Source: Opitutales bacterium (GTDB lineage: Bacteria > Verrucomicrobiota > Verrucomicrobiia > Opitutales > PNEW01). Taken from it: a stretch of DNA of 32,000 nt. The stretch covers positions 1,890,001-1,922,000 of the forward strand of contig CBDCNV010000002.1 in the NCBI GenBank assembly GCA_965219535.1, given 5' to 3'. Below are positions 1-8,212 of the stretch, one piece after another (position 1 is the stretch's first letter; the number at the start of each line of letters is the position of its first letter). The notes under the pieces were generated by a model, which did no database searches, was not told the DNA's origin, and saw only the letters and a list, made by a program, of their open reading frames with translations. Made by a program: the position numbers and the translations under genes.

Positions 1-178
1 TCTCGCTGATTATCTGATCCTGATATTTTAATTGATAACCAGTATTTCGCAAATTCGTATAGACGGACTTACTGTCTTTAATTAAACTACCTGCCCACAC
101 GAAAAGAATAATCCAAATAAACACAGTTAGTAATGCACGCTCTCGCAGAGACAATATATTGTAGAATTTCTTGAACAT
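1..178 (-). CDS. GspM/PilO-like inner-membrane platform protein (N-terminal part only; the gene runs off the window edge)
   Basis: Minus-strand frame open to the window edge, with ATG (rc) at 176-178, 22 bp after the GspL-like stop. My translation is MFKKFYNILSLRERALLTVFIWIILFVWAGSLIKDSKSVYTNLRNTGYQLKYQDQIISE. That is a short cytosolic head plus one TM helix, and the gene sits after the L-like gene. It is absent from the ORF track because it is truncated and under 60 aa. Confidence 0.4.
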   Translation of the reverse strand, partial: MFKKFYNILSLRERALLTVFIWIILFVWAGSLIKDSKSVYTNLRNTGYQLKYQDQIISE

Positions 179-200
179 AGTGAAAGATAATGCGGATTAA

Positions 201-1418
201 CTATTCCATGAGCTGTGCGCCTGCGACAATCTCTTCAGGATTAAAGGGCGAGGGGTTAAAAGTGACGACTACTGTAAAAGGGGCATTACCACTTCTTGAT
301 ACGATCTTTTTAATTTTCGCATCCGAGACAAGGGGTAAATTACGCAGATTTTCCATATAACGGTTGACGACTTCTACATTACTGGCAGCCCCATCGACTT
401 GAATCTGATTGAAGCTGTCAGATACAGCTTGGGTAAAATAGATAGAGCTCGGCCTTTTCAAATTCATTGTTGCGAGCATCTCGAAGGGTTTAAGTTCATT
501 TTGAGCAATTTGCTCGATACGTAATAAGAGATTATTTTTTTGTTCAATAAGCGCTACTTCATCACTTCTTTCTGCAACTTTATCTATCCGAAAATCCGTC
601 CAGGTATTTGTCATCATAAAAATAAACTGTAAGAGCAGAAATAGGGAAGCGGCAATACCTGCGAGTTGTGTCGATGACCATACATAGCGAGAATAATTTC
701 GCTTTCGACTCGCCTTTAATTTAAATGAGCTCGCGCGAATATCGGCATCACATAATTTTTTTTCATCCATCGGTAAGCGCGTGACGGTCGAATTCAAATC
801 TGAATCAATTTCACCTGATACGAGACGATGCTTGAATCGTAATTTGTCATCAGAATCAACTAATGCCGACGTGCCCAAATAAATGTTGTTATCAATTTTA
901 TAGCCTTCATTTTTTAATGAGACGAGAAGGTTGTTTTTCACTTTCAGGAGAGAGGCATCTGAATTATCAATATTTTCCAGTGATAGAGTAAATACGTTTT
1001 CTGGGACGGTACTATGGGCAGAAAAGGTGAGGGCGGACATCGAATTATTCTCCGATAAGAAAGTAATCGATGGTTCGTCAAAGGAGACCCCATTTATGGT
1101 GATAAAGCTCGGTAAGACATGGTAATATTGATCAAGGTTTTCGACACCTAAATTATTAATACTCTCGCGATAGGCCGCGTATATTAATATTAAAGAGGTT
1201 CTTTCATCGCGTAGAAATCCCCATAATAATTGATTAAGAGGAAAAGGAGAAAGACCTTCAAGGGACAATTCAGCAAATTGATCTATTTCGCTGTCACTGA
1301 TTTCAGGTGGTAAGGTTAAGGAATGACAATAAAAAACCTCACCCGGAACGAGTAAAACTTTCCGGTTAGCAAGCTTACTACCCAGCTTAGCTTCGAGAAA
1401 TTGTACCAATTTATTCAT
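201..1418 (-). CDS. GspL-like assembly platform protein (PilM-like cytoplasmic domain, one TM helix, PilN-like periplasmic domain)
   Basis: 405 aa with a single central TM helix (LAGIAASLFLLLQFIFMMT). A coiled region and a PilN/GspL-type C-terminal domain follow it. The gene lies directly downstream of the gspK-like gene in canonical G-H-I-J-K-L-M order. Confidence 0.55.
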   Translation of the reverse strand: MNKLVQFLEAKLGSKLANRKVLLVPGEVFYCHSLTLPPEISDSEIDQFAELSLEGLSPFPLNQLLWGFLRDERTSLILIYAAYRESINNLGVENLDQYYHVLPSFITINGVSFDEPSITFLSENNSMSALTFSAHSTVPENVFTLSLENIDNSDASLLKVKNNLLVSLKNEGYKIDNNIYLGTSALVDSDDKLRFKHRLVSGEIDSDLNSTVTRLPMDEKKLCDADIRASSFKLKASRKRNYSRYVWSSTQLAGIAASLFLLLQFIFMMTNTWTDFRIDKVAERSDEVALIEQKNNLLLRIEQIAQNELKPFEMLATMNLKRPSSIYFTQAVSDSFNQIQVDGAASNVEVVNRYMENLRNLPLVSDAKIKKIVSRSGNAPFTVVVTFNPSPFNPEEIVAGAQLME

Positions 1419-1461
1419 TAAAAATGTGTAACTAATAAACTCATTCGCATGTCAATGTCGA

Positions 1462-2559
1462 TTAAATTCGTTGATTCTCAGTGAGGAGAAGAATATCAAA
1501 AGGAAATTCCAGATTAAGTTTAGCGTTACTATCTTCGTCAGTAACATTAACCGAAGAGTTCCCTTCAAGGTTATTACTTTCTTCTTCACTGTTATTTTCA
1601 GTCGTGGAAGATACGTTTTGATTTTTGATGATTGCTGAAAGAAGAAAATTTGAATCACCACGACTAACGCTAATAGTTATTTTTAATACATGAGCATAAA
1701 TATTTGCCATGCTGATACCTGGATTCAGCGCGGGGGGATAGTAGGGGTGCGTACGAGAGTTAATGAGTTGATCATCTTCACTCCCAGGAATTTTATCTTC
1801 ACCTATGAGGTAATTATACAGGGGCTCCGAATCGTGACCATCGACTCTTGAAATGACTTTATGCACGAGGGTATTGGCGGTGTTAAGGTTGACCAATTCA
1901 TTATGGTAGAGAGAAATAGCATCCTTAAATTGATCATATAAATAATTGGGAATTCCTTCATCGTCTAAAAAAAAGATATCAAAATCCTGAATTAAAAAAA
2001 GTTCACTCAAGCTTTTCAGTGAATCGTCGGCAGGTTTATAAGGAGGTGATAGACGTTCGTAGTAGTCTAATTCAGCGCCATTGAGTCGTGTCAAATCATC
2101 GCTGTCCATCCAGTCGAGCAAAGAGTCGGTCAAAATTTCTGCATCGGGTAAAGGGATGCCCATCTCTTCAAAAAGAGTGTTTAAAATAAGCGGAGTCGCT
2201 TGGGTGAGAGATAATTTGCCGGTTTCATCTTCAATATTTATTTCAAACTTCAGATCATCACTAAGCTGAATTTGTGCATACCCTACAGGATCATTCCAAC
2301 CTTGGCTTGGTGAATAAAGGCCACCATCAATTTCCTGGATTTCACTGATCACTGCAATGCTGGCATCGAGCAGGGAGTAGGCTTCAATCCGAAGTTCATC
2401 ACGGTTTTGGAAAAGGCCTGAATACTTGATCCTGTCCGTGGCTTCTTCCATGAAGGCGAGAACAACAAAAGAAGCCAGTGCAATCATACCTAGGACAGCT
2501 GCCAGAATGCTGCCACTGTTAAAAGATCTGAGATTAACGTATTTAAAAATCGAAGCCAT
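1462..2559 (-). CDS. gspK: Type II secretion minor pseudopilin GspK-like
   Basis: 365 aa with an N-terminal hydrophobic helix that lacks Glu5. It has the GspK-type motif LLDWMDSDD and a helix-hairpin-helix-like NLNTA. Size and position after three small pseudopilins fit GspK. Confidence 0.7.
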   Translation of the reverse strand: MASIFKYVNLRSFNSGSILAAVLGMIALASFVVLAFMEEATDRIKYSGLFQNRDELRIEAYSLLDASIAVISEIQEIDGGLYSPSQGWNDPVGYAQIQLSDDLKFEINIEDETGKLSLTQATPLILNTLFEEMGIPLPDAEILTDSLLDWMDSDDLTRLNGAELDYYERLSPPYKPADDSLKSLSELFLIQDFDIFFLDDEGIPNYLYDQFKDAISLYHNELVNLNTANTLVHKVISRVDGHDSEPLYNYLIGEDKIPGSEDDQLINSRTHPYYPPALNPGISMANIYAHVLKITISVSRGDSNFLLSAIIKNQNVSSTTENNSEEESNNLEGNSSVNVTDEDSNAKLNLEFPFDILLLTENQRI

Positions 2560-2565
2560 TCTCTA

Positions 2566-3213
2566 TTAAAAAATGGAAATATTCCCACTTATATTTGGTA
2601 GTTGAAGAGGAGTTTCGCGCAATTCACCTTCGTATTCAAAATCCAAGAATAAAAAATCCGGTATGATCAGCTTTCGGCTGCGATCTTCTTGCGGGGCGTT
2701 GTGAATCTCCCATTTGTCATCATCAGATTTATAGTAACAGTAACGAATATTACTCAAGAGGGGAGAAACCAGGGTGCGTTGAACATCGTCGCTATCTTCA
2801 GTTTTTTGCAGATTGGAGTACCACAGCATAAAAAGACCATCCCCTTTGCGAAAATAGAGGTAACAGGTTATAGCTGTAAATTGCCGGTCGGGCAGAGCTA
2901 ATAAAGCAGGGGCTTCCTTCAAGCGAAAGGTAAGGAGAGGATCTTCAAATTCACTGAAGCCGGGTGGTCTATTCCACGAAATGGATGCTAGTTCTGCTTC
3001 TTGTGAGGTCACCGAATTTTTTAACGCATGGTTAAGGAAATAAGTCACACCTTCTACATGCTGATTAAAATATTGGTCGTCTCCTCTGATGAACCAAATG
3101 TTAGCGAGTGAGACCAGATATACCGAAATTGCCGTTAACAACATTCCTCCTATTGTAAGGGCAAGAAGGATTTCGATGAGCGTGAACGCGTTTATTCGCA
3201 GCTTAGACAACAT
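2566..3213 (-). CDS. Prepilin-type minor pseudopilin, GspJ-like by size and position
   Basis: N-terminus is MLSKLRINA|FTLIEILLALTIGGMLL, a prepilin cleavage/methylation motif with Glu+5. The 215 aa length matches the J position. Confidence 0.65.
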   Translation of the reverse strand: MLSKLRINAFTLIEILLALTIGGMLLTAISVYLVSLANIWFIRGDDQYFNQHVEGVTYFLNHALKNSVTSQEAELASISWNRPPGFSEFEDPLLTFRLKEAPALLALPDRQFTAITCYLYFRKGDGLFMLWYSNLQKTEDSDDVQRTLVSPLLSNIRYCYYKSDDDKWEIHNAPQEDRSRKLIIPDFLFLDFEYEGELRETPLQLPNISGNISIF

Positions 3214-3215
3214 AA

Positions 3216-3677
3216 TTAGAATTTCTTTAAACGGTTAAATAGTAGCCGATCACTGTTTTCTGCGAGTATCGTTGATCTTTCTATTGGGTCAGACCATGTA
3301 GGGCGTAATAACAAAAGGTTCTGGGTGTATTCATTGGACTCCCCAGAATCAATTGAAGAAAATTCTATGATCAGGGTCACATAAAAAAGATCACTGACCA
3401 AAGCTTGTTCTATTTCAACTCTCCAATATGCAGTTCCTGAAGACAATGTTTCCATACGACCGCCATTTTCGAGGATATCTCGATCTGACGTTCGAATTAT
3501 TTGAGAACGAACAAACTTTAAATCTGCTTCCAATGCCGTCTCATTGTCTATCGTATCAAGACTAATCATAGTATTAACATAAGCTTGCGTAAGCACGACA
3601 ACAGCGAGTGAGAAAATAGCGAGAGACACGGTGACTTCGATCAGGGTGAAAGCCGTGCTAGTGCGAGATCTTTTCAT
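3216..3677 (-). CDS. Prepilin-type minor pseudopilin, GspI-like by size and position
   Basis: N-terminus is MKRSRTSTA|FTLIEVTVSLAIF. It is 153 aa and overlaps the upstream gene by 4 bp. Confidence 0.65.
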   Translation of the reverse strand: MKRSRTSTAFTLIEVTVSLAIFSLAVVVLTQAYVNTMISLDTIDNETALEADLKFVRSQIIRTSDRDILENGGRMETLSSGTAYWRVEIEQALVSDLFYVTLIIEFSSIDSGESNEYTQNLLLLRPTWSDPIERSTILAENSDRLLFNRLKKF

Positions 3678-4186
3678 TTATTTTCTTTTACAAATTCGAG
3701 ATCGGAAAATGGATCAAAATGATGGTTTGATTTTTCTTCATTATAATCCAGCGATACAAAAAATGGTGTGGACGATCGATCTGGATGAAAAACAATCCAA
3801 TTTACCTGTTCAGATTCTTGCTCCTGTGAGGTGGGATAAAACATCCCGCGTTCCGGTAGAATCTGGTAAAAAGCGACCTCAATATCATGAGCCTCATTCT
3901 GGTAACCGCTGTCAAAAGCATCTAATATTTGTCCATCAATATCGGTAATTATGAATTGTTTAATCTCATCATCAAAACCGAGGTAGGCAGGTTCTTTACG
4001 AATAGCAGCCAAGTAGCGTGATTCGCGCACCGCGGACTTTAAAATCTGCGGTAGTGATTTTTCATTCAAACTGGAAAGTATCGTGTCGATGTTGGTAATT
4101 ACGAGGCCCGCAATAAGAGTAAAAATGCCCAATGCGAGCATCATTTCAACAAGAGTGAATGCTTTCGCCTGAATTAACCTAGTCAC
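3674..4186 (-). CDS. Prepilin-type minor pseudopilin, GspH-like by size and position
   Basis: N-terminus is MTRLIQAKA|FTLVEMMLALGIF. It is 170 aa and is the first gene after gspG. Confidence 0.65.
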   Translation of the reverse strand: MTRLIQAKAFTLVEMMLALGIFTLIAGLVITNIDTILSSLNEKSLPQILKSAVRESRYLAAIRKEPAYLGFDDEIKQFIITDIDGQILDAFDSGYQNEAHDIEVAFYQILPERGMFYPTSQEQESEQVNWIVFHPDRSSTPFFVSLDYNEEKSNHHFDPFSDLEFVKENK

Positions 4187-4366
4187 TAATGGTGATTTTA
4201 GAATAGGTTTACGCTGATTCTATAAAAGAAGTAAGCCCTAATCGTTGATAATATGCTCTATTAATATTTACCCTTAACCCTTTTGAGTTAGGGATGCATT
4301 ATCGTTTTTATTCAACTCTTCCCGAGCCGTGTATCGAACTTTAACAAAAATAAATAAAAGCGAGGT

Positions 4367-4786
4367 CTACCAGTTTCCAATATCATCACCGCTCTCTACA
4401 CCATCAGCCCCAAATGAATAAAGGTCGTAACTATCAATTTTTTTAGTTCCGGGATAGCGGTAATGGTAGGGATTACCCCATGGATCTAAGGGAATATTTG
4501 AGTCTTTAAGATAGGGCCCTTTCCAACGATTGATATGAGCGGAGGGCGCTTTAAAGAGGGATTCCAAGCCTTCCTGAGTGTTGGGGTATCTTCCAATATC
4601 CATGCGATATTTTAAAAGGGGGGTCTCCAGGCTATTTTTTACGAAGGTACGAGCCGTATCTTCCTGAGCGCCACTAAAAATACCTGTAAAGTTTGCTACG
4701 ACTATTCCCGCAAGAAGAGCTATGATGGCGAGAACGATTAATATCTCAATGAGAGAAAAACCGGAGCTATTTCGTATAGAACGCAT
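4367..4786 (-). CDS. gspG: Type II secretion major pseudopilin GspG
   Basis: N-terminus is MRSIRNSSG|FSLIEILIVLAIIALLAGIV. The conserved GspG C-terminal motifs DPWGNPYHYRYPG and YDLYSFGADG are present. Length is 139 aa. Confidence 0.9.
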   Translation of the reverse strand: MRSIRNSSGFSLIEILIVLAIIALLAGIVVANFTGIFSGAQEDTARTFVKNSLETPLLKYRMDIGRYPNTQEGLESLFKAPSAHINRWKGPYLKDSNIPLDPWGNPYHYRYPGTKKIDSYDLYSFGADGVESGDDIGNW

Positions 4787-4913
4787 TGTCTAATTACTAA
4801 GAGATTTGACGGGATAATCATAAAACCCTATCACCAATAAATATATATAGAAACCGTAATTCCTGTATAGGATAGTTAATTGCACTCTATGATTTAAGAA
4901 TTGCGGTGATAAT

Positions 4914-4942
4914 AAGTTATTTGAAATCGCTTGGTTTGTCAA
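4914..4942 (-). promoter_or_regulatory. Candidate sigma70-type promoter for gspG
   Basis: On the minus strand there is TTGACA (rc of 4937-4942), a 17-nt spacer, then TAACTT (rc of 4914-4919). This is about 128 bp upstream of the gspG ATG. It overlaps the inverted repeat TTGTCA-AA-TGACAA at 4936-4949. Confidence 0.3.
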
Positions 4943-5053
4943 ATGACAACTCATCGCCCTTCTTTAGCGATAAGGCTAAGGTTCTCCTTACAATATAATC
5001 GACCGCAGGAGAATAAAATCAGCGAATAACGAACAAGCGGTGTAAATGCGCGG

Positions 5054-6442
5054 TCAAAGATTCGTGGCTGCTGCGCGGCGGATACGCTCTACCTGTTCGA
5101 GAAATTCTTGAACAGAATCCTTATTATCAGTGCTCTGTGCCTCGCGTAAAAGTTCGGTTGCGTCACTCCAGCTTTTCTCTTCTACCATCAGTCTCGCATG
5201 GGCAACAAGCGCTTCAGCGCGGAAATTATCCAGTTGCTCCGCACGTTCGAACATTAGTATGGCTTGTTCAACGTTCGCATTATCACCATAATATTTACCT
5301 AGAGTGATTAGTGCTCGCCCTCTAAGGGGATCGCGCTCAGTTATCTTATCCAAGGTTGCTCTGGCTTTTTCTCCTTCACCTTGGGCAATGGCAATTTGAG
5401 ATTGCATGGTCAATAATGTTAATTCCTCATCATCGGTGGTTTTTCCACGGTAGACTGCTCTTAATTTTTTAACCAAGGTTGCCGCATCGTCAATGGCGCC
5501 AGATTTAATTAATGAATCTGCCACTTGCAAGGGTCCCTCTATGCTATTGCCAGACCCTTTGTCTAATGAAGCGAGATACGCTTTTCGTGCAGGTTCATAC
5601 ATATTTTTTATCAAATAGATGTCGCCGAGTAAACGCATGCTATCGGACTGAGCAAGACCCATACGCGTTATAATTTCAATGTTCGCTGCCGCTTCATCAA
5701 TTCTATTAAGACCGATTAGACTATTAGCCTGTAATACCCAGTTGTCGGCATTACTTGGGTCCTTAAGAATTAACTTTTCGAATAGGACATAACTCTCAAG
5801 GAATTTATCCTGATCCAATAGATTCCTCGCTAATCCATTTTTCCAATCGTCGCTATCGGGCTCAGTTATGATGGCAATGCCATAGGCTTTTTCGGCGGCC
5901 ATGGGTATACCTTGAGCTTGAAAACAGTAACCAAGAAGACCATAAGTGCGCCCTTCCGTGTCACCCAAAGAGATAGATTTTGTAAGATGCTTAACTGCTT
6001 GGTCGTAATCCTCCAGACGGACATTAATCATGCCTAAGGTTCGTTGCGCGCGCAAATAATTTGGGTATTTCTTCGCAGCCTCTGCCATGTGAACTTTCGC
6101 TTGCTGCAGGTTACCAATTTGAAGATTTAGTTGCCCGATAATGAAGTCCAAAGCTGCACTGGATGTATCAGTAATTGATTCTTCCAGCAATTCGATTGCT
6201 TCGCCTACACGATTGGGCAATAGATTCTTAATCTCGTCGAGTAATTCCTTTTCCTCAAGAGTGATTCCGGGTTCTCTGTCAGCGAGGAATGCGAGATCTC
6301 CAACAAATCTTTTTTGCCAGTAGGGGTCCTTATACATATTTGACAAAGGATTGCGCTGGCGCTTGGACTGCGCGGAAAGGTGACTACTTAAGCTCAAAAC
6401 GAGGATAATAAACCAAATTATATTTTTTTTCATTAGAAGCAT
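5054..6442 (-). CDS. Secreted TPR-repeat protein, TtpD-like last gene of the TonB2-type cluster
   Basis: Signal peptide MLLMKKNIIWFIILVLSLSSHLSAQ. Multiple TPR-like A/Y/G-patterned helical repeats run through the 462 aa. The gene starts 12 bp downstream of tonB on the same strand. Confidence 0.65.
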   Translation of the reverse strand: MLLMKKNIIWFIILVLSLSSHLSAQSKRQRNPLSNMYKDPYWQKRFVGDLAFLADREPGITLEEKELLDEIKNLLPNRVGEAIELLEESITDTSSAALDFIIGQLNLQIGNLQQAKVHMAEAAKKYPNYLRAQRTLGMINVRLEDYDQAVKHLTKSISLGDTEGRTYGLLGYCFQAQGIPMAAEKAYGIAIITEPDSDDWKNGLARNLLDQDKFLESYVLFEKLILKDPSNADNWVLQANSLIGLNRIDEAAANIEIITRMGLAQSDSMRLLGDIYLIKNMYEPARKAYLASLDKGSGNSIEGPLQVADSLIKSGAIDDAATLVKKLRAVYRGKTTDDEELTLLTMQSQIAIAQGEGEKARATLDKITERDPLRGRALITLGKYYGDNANVEQAILMFERAEQLDNFRAEALVAHARLMVEEKSWSDATELLREAQSTDNKDSVQEFLEQVERIRRAAATNL

Positions 6443-6454
6443 TTACGACACAGG

Positions 6455-7108
6455 TTAACGTACAGAGAAAGATATAGGCAGACGCATTTTAGTTTTCACT
6501 TTTCTCCCATCTTTAATACCGGGGGTAAAGCGCCACTTTTTAATTGCATCCAAAGCTGGTTTATCAAAGGCGTAATCGGATGAATTTTCAATCCGTGGCA
6601 GACGCACTGTGCCTGATTCATCGACAATAAATAGAACAACAACTCGACCACCAGATCCACTGCGCCGCAGTGAAGGCGGATAAACAGGTCGCACCTGGGT
6701 GATTACTTTTGGTATTTCATCTAGATCTTCAAGATCGAATGCAAGGTCGCTTAGATTGGCACCGATTTGAAATGCGGGAATGACAAAAGCACCCGATAAA
6801 TTTGCATTCAACTCGGTACTTAAAGTTAGTTCGAGTTGTTCGAGTGTTGGCGGCTCACGTTCTTCCTCCATTTCAGGATCCTCCTCTTCAAGCTCTTCCT
6901 GTTCCGGAGGGGGCGGTTCTGGAGGTGGAGGGGGTGGTGGAGGCATCATCATTTCAGTCAAGGTGATGTTGGTACGATCTTTATGGAATGAAAGCATTTG
7001 CGATAATGGAATGAGAATAAAGAGCAGCACAGTTATGATGACGGATCCAATAACCGCGGTCCTTGGATTGTCTCCCAAAGTGGGCAATGTCTCATTATTC
7101 TTTGCCAT
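6455..7108 (-). CDS. tonB: Energy transducer TonB
   Basis: N-terminal TM anchor, then the Pro/Glu-rich spacer PPPPPPPPEPPPPEQEELEEEDPEMEEEREPP. The C-terminal TonB domain includes YPPSLRRSGSGGRVVVLFIVDESGTV and ALDAIKKWRFTPG. Confidence 0.85.
   Translation of the reverse strand: MAKNNETLPTLGDNPRTAVIGSVIITVLLFILIPLSQMLSFHKDRTNITLTEMMMPPPPPPPPEPPPPEQEELEEEDPEMEEEREPPTLEQLELTLSTELNANLSGAFVIPAFQIGANLSDLAFDLEDLDEIPKVITQVRPVYPPSLRRSGSGGRVVVLFIVDESGTVRLPRIENSSDYAFDKPALDAIKKWRFTPGIKDGRKVKTKMRLPISFSVR
6848..6943 (-). repeat. Low-complexity Pro/Glu-rich linker coding region within tonB
   Basis: Runs of CCN and GAR codons, seen as a G-rich stretch on the plus strand (ggagggggcggttctggaggtggagggggtggtggagg). 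Confidence 0.8.
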
Positions 7109-7138
7109 TACTTTTTATAATACGATGGTTATAATATA

Positions 7139-7546
7139 CTATTGTAATTGGGTAGAGATACTAACACGTTCAGCGCCTCCAAGTTTAGATTCGTCAACGA
7201 CACGAACGACAGTCCCGGCAGCTGCCTGGACATCAACCTGAAGGATAACCGGCATGGATTCCTTTTGCATCAGACGGCGAACAATAGGGCGAACACCCCC
7301 GACACCTATTTCTCTGCCACCATAAACAACTTTGCTTGAATCAGTGATAGCGATAAGAATACTATTTTTTTCCAGGTCTTTCGACGAAGCAGCAACCGGT
7401 TTGCGAATTTCAACCCCGGGTTCCTCTACAAACACGGTCGTGACGATAAAAAAAATGAGGAGGATGAATACCATATCAATAAGGGGTGAGATATTAATTT
7501 CCTCAAGTTCTCCCCCCTGATATGATAATATAGATTTTCTAGCCAT
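7139..7546 (-). CDS. exbD: Biopolymer transport protein ExbD/TolR
   Basis: 135 aa with the characteristic INISPLIDMVFILLIFFIV TM segment and a periplasmic ExbD-type domain. Confidence 0.9.
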   Translation of the reverse strand: MARKSILSYQGGELEEINISPLIDMVFILLIFFIVTTVFVEEPGVEIRKPVAASSKDLEKNSILIAITDSSKVVYGGREIGVGGVRPIVRRLMQKESMPVILQVDVQAAAGTVVRVVDESKLGGAERVSISTQLQ

Positions 7547-7564
7547 GATAAGATATTAAATTGA

Positions 7565-8194
7565 TTAAGCTGCTTTCCCTTTAATGACTTCCTGACCCTC
7601 CTGAATAGCATAGTTTTCTACCTGGGAGAGAAAAGCTACGTATTGATTGCGCCTTCTGATAATTTCAGAAATAAAAATATAACCGGGGATCGCTACCATA
7701 AGACCCGTCTGTGTGGTAATCAATGCCTCTGATATACCTGAAGCAACAAGATCAACGGTTTGTCCTGAACTGCCGGCTAAACCTTTAAAAGTGGTAAGCA
7801 TACCTATCACCGTACCAAGGAGCCCCATCAGTGGGGTAGTAGTCACAACTGCCGTGAGCAAGGCTATCCTTTGATTTACATCAGGTAGGGTTTTCAATTT
7901 CACACTGTCTACTCGTTCGATAACAGTTTTAGCACTATAGCCATATGCGACTACATAACGAATGACGTCACCTACATAACCCTTGCCTAAATCTGGTTTT
8001 TTTATCCATGGGAGCCAGGATTCAAGCGGATTGTCTTTTAACCGCGCTTTATTGAGATGAACGATCATAGCCGTTGCCTGATAATAAATGTAGGCGGTAA
8101 CTATGAGTAATGGGAACATGACCCACCCCCCTTGCATCCAAACTCCGAAGATATAATCAAATAAGCCGGTTTCAGTTGGTAGTTTACTGGACAT
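7565..8194 (-). CDS. exbB: MotA/TolQ/ExbB proton channel protein
   Basis: 209 aa with three TM helices and the conserved LLGTVIGMLTTF and ISEALITTQTGLMVAIP motifs. Confidence 0.9.
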   Translation of the reverse strand: MSSKLPTETGLFDYIFGVWMQGGWVMFPLLIVTAYIYYQATAMIVHLNKARLKDNPLESWLPWIKKPDLGKGYVGDVIRYVVAYGYSAKTVIERVDSVKLKTLPDVNQRIALLTAVVTTTPLMGLLGTVIGMLTTFKGLAGSSGQTVDLVASGISEALITTQTGLMVAIPGYIFISEIIRRRNQYVAFLSQVENYAIQEGQEVIKGKAA

Positions 8195-8212
8195 AGGAAG
8201 CGGCTTATCTGG

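Noticed and set aside
1452-1661. 69-aa minus-strand ORF overlapping the 3' end of the gspK-like gene, plus other internal ORFs in the pseudopilin genes (931-1125, 2081-2269, 2689-2901, 3631-3948)
   Set aside because: These are out-of-frame or antisense overlaps with longer genes that carry recognisable motifs. Their composition is that of AT-rich shadow frames.
6893-6943. Possible G-quadruplex in the G-rich plus strand of the tonB proline tract
   Set aside because: Only two runs of three or more G are present, the rest being GG. The G-richness is fully explained by Pro codons on the coding strand.
6780-7241. 153-aa plus-strand ORF with poly-Gly/Ser runs
   Set aside because: It is the antisense shadow of the tonB Pro/Glu-rich linker and the exbD 3' end. 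Its low-complexity content mirrors the CCN codons, and it fully overlaps two well-supported genes.
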